Virus record (IMG/VR): IMGVR_UViG_3300024359_000009
Coordinates: 3,232 to 67,231 of that record
Source: a virus
DNA length: 64,000 bases
Strand: one strand, 5' to 3'
Position 1 is the first letter of the stretch, and the number at the start of each line of letters is the position of its first letter. A program made the translations under genes and the position numbers. Of this stretch, positions 9,864-18,202 are shown one piece after another. The notes under the pieces were generated by a model, which was given only the letters and a program-made list of their open reading frames with translations, searched no databases and had not been told where the DNA came from.

Positions 9864-10677
9864 TGGAGATATTATTGTGTACAGAGCAGCTTTTGCTTGT
9901 GCAGAAATGTCGGACTGGAAAGATGTAAAAGATTACATTTTAAAATACATGCAAGAAGTTACTAATGATTTAGATTCTACAGAATACATAGGATTTATTC
10001 AAGGAAGTAAAAACTTCAGAAATAACGTAGCTACTACCTCTGAATATAAAGGTAACAGAAAATCTACTTCAAAACCTTTTTGGTATCAAAGTGTTAGAGA
10101 CCATTTAATACAAGCGTACAAATTTGTACTTGTAAACGGAATGGAAACAGATGACGCTCTAACTATTTTACACAAAAGGATTAAAGATAGAGAAACTATT
10201 ATCTGCAGTGTGGATAAAGATTTGCTACAATCACCTGGAAAACATTATAATCCAACTACAAAAGAACTTGTTCTTTCTACAGAGGATATAAGTATGAAGC
10301 TGTTAGCTACTCAAGTTATAACAGGTGATTCCACTGACAACATTAAAGGACTACACAGAGTCGGTCCTAAAAAAGCAGAGGCTATATTAGCTGAAGCTCA
10401 AGACTCTGGGGATTATCTGCCTTTGGCTTTTCAAGCCTATTTGTCTTATTACTTCAAATTAAAAGAGAAGGATAAATTAGACATAACAGATTCAGAATTG
10501 TTTTTGAAAGCTTCAAAACATTTCGCAGAAACTTATGAATTAGTGTTTTTACTAAGAGATATGAGTGAAGAAGATTTCCCTACGCCAGAAATAAATGATT
10601 TGTTAAACATTGAAAACCCATTAATACATGGAGCAGGAAAAAAATCTGAAGGGACTATCGAAACTATCTTTGATTGA
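9832..10677 (+). CDS. 5'-3' exonuclease / flap endonuclease (T7 gp6-like)
   Basis: LIDGDIIVY, NFR, YKGNR, ETDD, DKDLLQ, GDSTDNIKGL, GPKKA (H3TH). Confidence 0.9.
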   Translation: MEIKKPLILIDGDIIVYRAAFACAEMSDWKDVKDYILKYMQEVTNDLDSTEYIGFIQGSKNFRNNVATTSEYKGNRKSTSKPFWYQSVRDHLIQAYKFVLVNGMETDDALTILHKRIKDRETIICSVDKDLLQSPGKHYNPTTKELVLSTEDISMKLLATQVITGDSTDNIKGLHRVGPKKAEAILAEAQDSGDYLPLAFQAYLSYYFKLKEKDKLDITDSELFLKASKHFAETYELVFLLRDMSEEDFPTPEINDLLNIENPLIHGAGKKSEGTIETIFD

Positions 10678-11209
10678 TTTATCAAAGATAAAAGCAACAA
10701 AAACAACTGATTTCTTATTGCCTTTATTAGGCTTTACTAAAAAGTTTTATGAACCTTATTTAGTAAATGCCTACTTAGGTGATTATGATTTAAACGGTTA
10801 TGAAGAAAAGAGGATATACATTGTTCTCAGTAACCATGACATGAGTACAAAGCACATGAGAATAGAAGACGGTTTGAAAAACATGTTAGAATTTGTCGAT
10901 TTTTACGACATACTGGATGGTCAAATGTCAGTCTTTATTATGAAAGTGCCTGAAACTTTTGAAGAAGATTATTCCAAGTTTTTACTTGGTAAATACTCTG
11001 AGTTCTCTGAAGAAGCGAAAATCGCAGTTCTGAAAGGAAGATCAGAGAACAGCTCAATGCCTTTAATATTTAGAAAAGACTCTAAGTTAAAAGAGTATTG
11101 GGAAGAAAAAACAGGTTCTACAATCCCAGATGGATTAGAAGTATGGCCTGTAATTAATATAGACAACGAATTGCTCTATAAAGAAAAATTTATTTTAAAA
11201 ACAGATTAA
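10628..11209 (+). CDS. hypothetical protein
   Basis: 193-aa ORF in the operon, overlapping the upstream gene. Confidence 0.6.
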   Translation: MEQEKNLKGLSKLSLIDLSKIKATKTTDFLLPLLGFTKKFYEPYLVNAYLGDYDLNGYEEKRIYIVLSNHDMSTKHMRIEDGLKNMLEFVDFYDILDGQMSVFIMKVPETFEEDYSKFLLGKYSEFSEEAKIAVLKGRSENSSMPLIFRKDSKLKEYWEEKTGSTIPDGLEVWPVINIDNELLYKEKFILKTD

Positions 11210-11219
11210 AAATTATATT

Positions 11220-12284
11220 ATGTACACTATTGGAGATCCTAAAAAAGCTCAAGGAGCAAACCCACAAGCAGTAATGCCTTTTGAAGAAACAGCAGTTGAA
11301 GATGCTGTAATAGTTGAAGAAAAAGAAGAAGAAGTCGGTAAAACTGTACCAACTCCTTCCCAACCTCAGCAACCACAACCTCAAGCACAAGCTGCTGATT
11401 TAGGTATGTTTGGGAATATGTTTAGCCAGTCTATCGAGACTATTATTAAACAAAAAGCTGAGGATATGAGACCAGAAGTGGTTTCAATATTAAAAGCTGA
11501 ATTGCAAAAATTAAAACCTACAAATGTTAGGATTACAGGTAGAAAAGGAACTGGTGTTGTTGAAGGATATACACATAAACATTTTCGTGAAGCTGTTTTC
11601 TTATCAGAACAAGAAAGACAGTTAATGATGGTTGGACCAGCAGGTTCTGGAAAAACTACATTAGCAAAACAAATAGCAAAAGCTTTTGAAATACCGTTTA
11701 CTTCTATATCTTGCTCTGCAGGTATGTCTGAAGCACATTTATTAGGTAGAATGTTGTTTGATGGAACTTATGTACCATCTGATTTTATTACTGCTTATGA
11801 AAATGGTGGTGTATTCTTATTTGATGAAATAGATGCAGCTGACTCTAATACTTTATTGGTTGTAAATTCTGCGTTAGCAAATGGATATGTATCTGTTCCA
11901 AATAGAAAAGATAAACCACACGCTCAAAGACATGAAGATTTCATCTGTGTTGTAGCAGGTAATTCTTGGGGACATGGTTCTGCTGCTTATCAAGGTAGGG
12001 GATCTTTAGATGCTGCATTCTTAGACAGATTTTCTGTTGCTAAACTTAATCTTGATTACGATGAATCTTTAGAGTTAGAACTTGGTGATTCTCAAATAGA
12101 AGTGGTAAAAAGAATGCACCAAATAAGAAAAATCGTTACTTCTAACAGGCTGAAAAGAATTGTATCTACAAGAACTATTGTATCTGCAGTTCGTCAAGCA
12201 GAAGCTGGTCGTTCTATGGCTCAAATTGAGTCTGTATTTACTACAGATTGGGCTGAAGATGATAAACGTAAGATAAAAAAGTAA
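11220..12284 (+). CDS. MoxR/CobS-like AAA+ ATPase
   Basis: GPAGSGKT, FLFDEID, AGNS, LDAAFLDRF, STR sensor 2. Confidence 0.88.
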   Translation: MYTIGDPKKAQGANPQAVMPFEETAVEDAVIVEEKEEEVGKTVPTPSQPQQPQPQAQAADLGMFGNMFSQSIETIIKQKAEDMRPEVVSILKAELQKLKPTNVRITGRKGTGVVEGYTHKHFREAVFLSEQERQLMMVGPAGSGKTTLAKQIAKAFEIPFTSISCSAGMSEAHLLGRMLFDGTYVPSDFITAYENGGVFLFDEIDAADSNTLLVVNSALANGYVSVPNRKDKPHAQRHEDFICVVAGNSWGHGSAAYQGRGSLDAAFLDRFSVAKLNLDYDESLELELGDSQIEVVKRMHQIRKIVTSNRLKRIVSTRTIVSAVRQAEAGRSMAQIESVFTTDWAEDDKRKIKK

Positions 12285-12415
12285 CAGAAGATGAAGCTAA
12301 ATTAGGGGCTACATCTTGAGGTGTATTTGAAGCTATGGAGAAGATGGGTAATGTATATCATTACCCTTCTCCTTACTTCGGTTTAAAATCCTATACAATT
12401 TGACAATAAAAAAAT

Positions 12416-13480
12416 ATGATTGAATTTCAACCAGCAAAAGGGGATTTAGTATTAGATAAAATACCTAAAACACCTCAATTTTATAACGAAATAGATTCAA
12501 AAAGATCTTATGTTTTCAGAGATTCTAAGGATATTATACATGAATTTACAGAATTTGATTCATTGTATCATATAATCTCTACTGTGGAATCTCTACACGA
12601 TAACCAAGATTTAAAAGGGTACATTAGAAACAATAATCCAGATGGTGAAAACGATGATTATCGTTATTCAGAGAATAACGAATGGACTTACGGAACTACT
12701 TATCCAAATAGATTAGCTACTATGGATGCTTTATTAAGCTCAAAAGTAGAAGATACCATGTGGATAGCTATTGATAAACTTAGAAATTCTTTATTAAAAG
12801 ATAAAGATATTCAAAGATTAATGGAGCTTGCTCCTACTATTAAAAAGACAAGAAAGTTTGGTATGTCTGGTGATGAACTCTGTATAGATAGAGTATTATC
12901 TGGAGATCCTCAGCACTGGCAATATACAACAAAAGGTAGAAAAAATAATGTGGTTAGAATTGCATTAAATATTTCTATGTCCGCTGGTAACAAAGCAGAT
13001 TCATTTTTAAAATTAGCTGCTGTTGCATCTGTTGCTGCTGATTTAGTAAGTAAAGCTGGTGCAGCATTAGAATTTACAATGATTGCATTTTCTTGTAACG
13101 TATGTAGAGACGATGAAAATCCTTATAGAGACGAGAATGGTAATACTATTGGAAAGTACACTCGCCAAAGCGTTTCTGGATACTTAGCTCCAATTAAAAA
13201 AGCAGAAGAACCTTTTGAGTTAACAAGGATTGCTTCTTTAGGTATTCCTGGATTATTTAGACATTACATATTTTGTTTAAAAACAGCAATAGGATCTACA
13301 AAACCATCAAGGGGATTAGGAAGTTCTTATACTACATCTCCTGATATTTTAAATAGATTTGGTTTAAAACATGTGATAGAATTAAAACATGCTGATAGCC
13401 AAAGTAACCAGAAGTTATTTTTAAACGACATATTTTCTGAATTAGCAGGTGTTAATGTAGAAGATATGGAACCAGCGTAA
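12416..13480 (+). CDS. VWA-like (CobT-like) partner of the AAA ATPase
   Basis: Directly follows the AAA gene; GDELCIDR..SG motif then VRIALNISMS (degenerate MIDAS DxSxS). Confidence 0.55.
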   Translation: MIEFQPAKGDLVLDKIPKTPQFYNEIDSKRSYVFRDSKDIIHEFTEFDSLYHIISTVESLHDNQDLKGYIRNNNPDGENDDYRYSENNEWTYGTTYPNRLATMDALLSSKVEDTMWIAIDKLRNSLLKDKDIQRLMELAPTIKKTRKFGMSGDELCIDRVLSGDPQHWQYTTKGRKNNVVRIALNISMSAGNKADSFLKLAAVASVAADLVSKAGAALEFTMIAFSCNVCRDDENPYRDENGNTIGKYTRQSVSGYLAPIKKAEEPFELTRIASLGIPGLFRHYIFCLKTAIGSTKPSRGLGSSYTTSPDILNRFGLKHVIELKHADSQSNQKLFLNDIFSELAGVNVEDMEPA

Positions 13481-13482
13481 TT

Positions 13483-13827
13483 ATGATAGAGGGATTCGAA
13501 ACAGAAACAGCAGAGCTTACAGATTATGAAAAAGATACTTTATTACCATTATTGGTAAAAGGATTGAACAGTAAAATTGGAGTTGAAAATGCTATTACTA
13601 ATGGTCAAATAGTTAAGTCTATGACTGAAAAAGGATATAAAATATCAAGTGTTAGAGTACGTAAGATAATTAATTATATACGTATTAAACACTTGGTTTA
13701 TAACCTTGTAAGTAGTAGTAAAGGATATTACCGTTCTACTGATCCTGAAGAAATAAGAAAGTATGTAAAATCATTAATGCAAAGAGCTACTGCAATTGAA
13801 GAAGTTGCTAAAAGTTTTATTGTATGA
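13483..13827 (+). CDS. winged-helix DNA-binding protein
   Basis: AITNGQIVKSM...SSVRVRKIINYIR...SSSKGYY wHTH pattern. Confidence 0.65.
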   Translation: MIEGFETETAELTDYEKDTLLPLLVKGLNSKIGVENAITNGQIVKSMTEKGYKISSVRVRKIINYIRIKHLVYNLVSSSKGYYRSTDPEEIRKYVKSLMQRATAIEEVAKSFIV

Positions 13828-14198
13828 GTAAAAGTAACAAAAACTATTCATTCGCTATCATTGCACTAAGGTACAATGGTAGCGAACCTGTTTATAAGAA
13901 AGTAGTGTTATTTAGTAGTAACACACATAAAAAAAGCAAAAGAGCTAAATTCTTGGATGACAAATTGAAGGAATATGGTGAAACATTTCAATTAAGTTAT
14001 GAAGATATAGTAATTGAAACTTATGATCCTAATGTTATAGATATTAATCTATGGGAACTAAGAAAATTTACAAGTATAATACGTATTAATGGATATTATG
14101 TATTCTTCGAAACAAACAATTATTATTTTGTATCTACAGAGGCTGACTATACTAAAATATTCAAGGTGTCAAAAGAAGATAGTATATTAAAACAATAA
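13824..14198 (+). CDS. hypothetical protein
   Basis: 124-aa ORF with ATGA overlap; last gene of the + arm. Confidence 0.55.
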   Translation: MSKSNKNYSFAIIALRYNGSEPVYKKVVLFSSNTHKKSKRAKFLDDKLKEYGETFQLSYEDIVIETYDPNVIDINLWELRKFTSIIRINGYYVFFETNNYYFVSTEADYTKIFKVSKEDSILKQ

Positions 14199-14228
14199 GG
14201 GAGGTAACTAATTTGTTGCCCCCCTTTT
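14197..14228. terminator. bidirectional terminator between the convergent arms
   Basis: AAGGGAGGTAAC-TAATTT-GTTGCCCCCCTTTT hairpin exactly at the strand switch. Confidence 0.7.
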
Positions 14229-14244
14229 GCTTAATCAAGACGAT

Positions 14245-17200
14245 TTATTTCCAAAGCATGTATTTAAGCCTATCTTCTGGAGCAGTCATTGCTCTACCCT
14301 CTTTAAGAATAGGTATCATAGCCTCTAAATCTTTTAATATTTTTAAATCTCCTTTGTTGTATAAACCTGTATCACGCTTATACCTTGGAGCTCCGTCACC
14401 AAAAGCAGTACCACCAATTACTTCAAAGGTACTTCCAAAAAGTCTTATAATTCCTTCAACTGTACTCATAGAAGCTGATGGTGATTTTAATATTTTAAGT
14501 CCTTCTATTGGATTTGCATACATGGTCATCTCTCCATATAATCTATGTAATTGGAATAAAGACATATTTTCAATCCAGCTTCTTTCCTCATCTTCATCAT
14601 CCAATCCTGCCAACATAGCTATTAATGAGAACACAGCCAATGTAGTCACTAATTCAGCCTTAGTTCTACGCATGTTTTTACCTTCAAAAGATTCTAATTG
14701 TCCTTTTTCTTTCTTGTAAACATCTCTTAATCCCATTATACCTACATCGTGAGCTTTAACTCCTCTGTATAGTTTTCCTAAAAACTTAATAGCTGTTATA
14801 TAATTTCCTTCTTCAAATTCTTCTAACCTCTGATTATAACGTTTATCGCCATATCTTCTTTTAAATGAAGGATACAACCATTTTCTAAATAAAATAGCCA
14901 TACGACCAGCCCAGGTATGTTGAGCGTTAATTAAATCTTGATTATTATAAACACCGTGTAATTTTTGACTTATTTGTTTTAATCTTTGACTGTGTTTTAT
15001 GACATCCTCTGTAGATACATCAAAATTATCTTTGACTTTTAATTCTCCATCAACTTGTTCAAAGGCATCTAAAAGAGTAGCTTCATTACCATTTTTGTCT
15101 TTAATTTTCTGTCCTTTTAAATAGGCGTACATCAAAGTAGTTTGTATTTCATGCTCACCACCTTTTTGCATAAAAAATGCAGCATCCGAACTCATCATTC
15201 TTTTCCACATTTTATTACCTTTCATAGCTCTACCGTACTCATCATATTCTTGAAGAGCGTCAAATAGTTCTACTAATTGTCCACCCATACTTTCTGGCAT
15301 CTTTTTATTTACATCCGATATAAAACCAGACATATTAGCAAGATATTCTTTTTGAGCTGATACAAAATCTTTCTTAGTAAACCATTCTCCAGCATGGGCT
15401 TCTACAAAGTTCATTGTTTTACCCATTGTTAAATTCGACATTCCAGAAAATAAATTCAAAGCAAGTGATCTAAAACTACTGTATTTGTTTATAGCGTCTG
15501 CTAATTTAACTTTAGGTATTTTTTTACCATTAATTACTATGAAATCTGTATTCTTAACTTGACCATAAACAACCATGTCCAAGAATAAATCAAATTGTTT
15601 GTACAAATTAGTAGTGTTTCCATCTACATCTTGACTTTTATCTTCTTTATCACCAAAAATCTTTGAAGAATCCAAGATTGTTTTTCCTCCAGAGGTTTTT
15701 GATACTTTTCTATCTGCTAAAATAGTTTTCAAAACTTCTAACTCATGTACAATACTGTTCATTTGAGCATTATTAATAGTCATACCACCAAATCGTTGTA
15801 AACTATTACCTAAATCATACGAAACATCTTCTGCACTTATTTTACCTTCACCCTCACCTATCGGAGCATGGAATAGAACTGGGACATATTTATTAGAACT
15901 TGATTCTAAAGTATCACCGAAACCTACATCATCTAATTGAAGAGTAAATGTATCTAATAATGCTTCTTTTGCAGCTTTATCAGGTCTTAAACCCATGGCT
16001 ATTTTCTCTTTTCCTGTTTGTCGGATAGAAGGAAGCCATAATCCTTTTTTATATTGAGCAGGTAATCTTTTTTGAAACTCAAAATACTTAGTTGCAAAAT
16101 AATTGTAAAATTCTAAATCCTTAGAACCTTCAGCAAATCTACTAACAGCTTCTTTTTTACTTATTAGTCTCCCTGTTGTATTTCCATTCTCATCTTTTTC
16201 ATAGAAAATTTCATAAAGTTTTTTAGGGTTTCCTATATCAACACCTTGCTCTTTTCTGTGTTTTTCAAAAGCATTCACTTTTTTAGTAATTTCTTGTTCA
16301 AAAGTAAGTGTTTCTAATCTTCCTTTTTCTTTTGTAGTATTAACAAGTTTTGTAGCAAGTGCTATAATTTCATCTGGAGACTCAGCTAAAACCTCAACCC
16401 ATCTTTGCCATGAACGTACATCTTTTTTACCTTTGATTAATTGAGCTCTTATATCTTCTTCTGATAAAGTAGTGTTTGTGTTAAGCTTACTTAAAGCTTT
16501 AGCAAGTAATGGAATACCTAATTTTTTATACTGTAAATTAAGTGTTGAATGTAATCCTACGATAGATTTTTTAAATCTTTCACTTTTTTCTGGATCCATT
16601 ACAGCAGCAAATTCTTCTGTACCCTCGATTTCCTCAATCAATTGTCTTAAAAACTCACCATCATACGCAGCGATATACTCTGAATAACGAAGAATTTCTT
16701 TTGCTGTGTACTCTCCAGTCTCAAGCATAGTTTTGAACTTCAAGTTCACACTAAGCATATCACTTTGAGCTTTCAATAAAAACTTGACAATAGCTGTTTT
16801 TGCATCTTCTCCACTAAGTAATTTTTGAAGATGCTCTAAATTCTCTTTTATATTTTGAGCTTTTTTATCATCAGCAATAGCTGTTTTAGATATTTGGTCT
16901 ATTTTTAATTGAAGTACGTTTTTAGCTTTATCAATAAGTTTTTGAGTAGATAACAAAGCATGTTTAGCTTCTTCATCTTCTTCAGTAGTATTTTCTTCTA
17001 CATCTTCGTCTCCATCATCTTTCCCTAAGTCAAAATATACTTGGTCTTTTCCAGATAGGTTACTTATAGATAAACCAGTAGTATCTCCACTAAGAACACC
17101 AGACGCTAATTCACCATAGACTGACTCTACTTCTTTGTACAGAGCTTTTACATCTGCTCTTTTAAACAATTGTTTAATCCTTTCCCAAATACGTTGTATG

Positions 17201-18189
17201 GTACTTAGAACAGATTGATTTTCATTTTGAGATTGGAACTCAGATACAAGATGTTTACCGATAAGTTTACCTACAGTTTCTGTAATTAGCTTTTCTTTAT
17301 CATTTTTGTAAACCTCACCGTATTGTTCTTTTACTGCTTGAAATTCATTTGTTTTTTCAGCTAAAGAACGCAGTCTCTGAATTAATGGGTTATCTTTTCC
17401 AAGTAATTCGTATATGAAGTGACCTACTTCTTCTGGTAAAGTGTTTAAATCTGCTTTACCTTGTGAAATAAGTATTAATTTCTTAGCCATATCAGCAGCT
17501 CCAGATGCATCTAAACCAGTTTTTTCTACTAAAGATGAATATGCTTCAACCGTAATTCCAAATGGTGCTAAAAACGAAATTAATTTTTGCTCTAATTCTA
17601 AGTTTCTTTCCTTAGCAGCTTCTTTTCTAACTTCATGTACTACATCATTTTCAGACTTAATATCTAAAGCAATTTTGTACTGAGTATCAGAATGAATTGT
17701 AAGTTCTTTAAACCCATCTAAAGCAATATCGATTCCTTTAGAATGCATTTCAGCAGTGTATCTACGCCTATCTTCAGCAGTTGGAATACCTTTTATACCA
17801 TAATAATCTGCAACAGTTTTCATAAATTCTGTTGGATTTTTATATACTTGGATATTCTCTGAATTAACAATAACAGGATGTACGTGTCCAAATTGTTCAG
17901 CATACGATCTATCTGCAGTAAGGTAAATTCCTCCACCTAACTTAGCAGCTCTATCGCCTTTGTTATATTTATATTTAGACACACCAGGTCGATCACCACG
18001 ATATAAGATCATAGGTTCTCCATTAGCATCTTTTACCTTAGAGTTACCAAATTCTTTTTCAAAAGTTTTGGTTTTAGTTACTACCCATGTTTTAAAAGCC
18101 TCATTCTCTCCGAACTCTTTACTTAAAGAGTCGAAGAGAATTGATTTTTTTCCATTAGGAGCATTTACAAAAGTTACATTACAAGCCAT
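14245..18189 (-). CDS. large virion cargo/ejection protein with an N-terminal ADP-ribosyltransferase-like domain and a degenerate zincin domain
   Basis: SKVKDANGEPMILYRG...GIYLT...ELTI (ART-PolyVal-like); TLPEEVGH; helical C-terminus with a hydrophobic segment; lies downstream of the RNAP gene as in crAss-like phages. Confidence 0.7.
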   Translation of the reverse strand: MACNVTFVNAPNGKKSILFDSLSKEFGENEAFKTWVVTKTKTFEKEFGNSKVKDANGEPMILYRGDRPGVSKYKYNKGDRAAKLGGGIYLTADRSYAEQFGHVHPVIVNSENIQVYKNPTEFMKTVADYYGIKGIPTAEDRRRYTAEMHSKGIDIALDGFKELTIHSDTQYKIALDIKSENDVVHEVRKEAAKERNLELEQKLISFLAPFGITVEAYSSLVEKTGLDASGAADMAKKLILISQGKADLNTLPEEVGHFIYELLGKDNPLIQRLRSLAEKTNEFQAVKEQYGEVYKNDKEKLITETVGKLIGKHLVSEFQSQNENQSVLSTIQRIWERIKQLFKRADVKALYKEVESVYGELASGVLSGDTTGLSISNLSGKDQVYFDLGKDDGDEDVEENTTEEDEEAKHALLSTQKLIDKAKNVLQLKIDQISKTAIADDKKAQNIKENLEHLQKLLSGEDAKTAIVKFLLKAQSDMLSVNLKFKTMLETGEYTAKEILRYSEYIAAYDGEFLRQLIEEIEGTEEFAAVMDPEKSERFKKSIVGLHSTLNLQYKKLGIPLLAKALSKLNTNTTLSEEDIRAQLIKGKKDVRSWQRWVEVLAESPDEIIALATKLVNTTKEKGRLETLTFEQEITKKVNAFEKHRKEQGVDIGNPKKLYEIFYEKDENGNTTGRLISKKEAVSRFAEGSKDLEFYNYFATKYFEFQKRLPAQYKKGLWLPSIRQTGKEKIAMGLRPDKAAKEALLDTFTLQLDDVGFGDTLESSSNKYVPVLFHAPIGEGEGKISAEDVSYDLGNSLQRFGGMTINNAQMNSIVHELEVLKTILADRKVSKTSGGKTILDSSKIFGDKEDKSQDVDGNTTNLYKQFDLFLDMVVYGQVKNTDFIVINGKKIPKVKLADAINKYSSFRSLALNLFSGMSNLTMGKTMNFVEAHAGEWFTKKDFVSAQKEYLANMSGFISDVNKKMPESMGGQLVELFDALQEYDEYGRAMKGNKMWKRMMSSDAAFFMQKGGEHEIQTTLMYAYLKGQKIKDKNGNEATLLDAFEQVDGELKVKDNFDVSTEDVIKHSQRLKQISQKLHGVYNNQDLINAQHTWAGRMAILFRKWLYPSFKRRYGDKRYNQRLEEFEEGNYITAIKFLGKLYRGVKAHDVGIMGLRDVYKKEKGQLESFEGKNMRRTKAELVTTLAVFSLIAMLAGLDDEDEERSWIENMSLFQLHRLYGEMTMYANPIEGLKILKSPSASMSTVEGIIRLFGSTFEVIGGTAFGDGAPRYKRDTGLYNKGDLKILKDLEAMIPILKEGRAMTAPEDRLKYMLWK

Positions 18190-18202
18190 ATATCAAAAGT
18201 AG

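Noticed and set aside
14213-14719. 168-aa + strand ORF
   Set aside because: Antisense shadow of the cargo gene; it starts inside the terminator hairpin.
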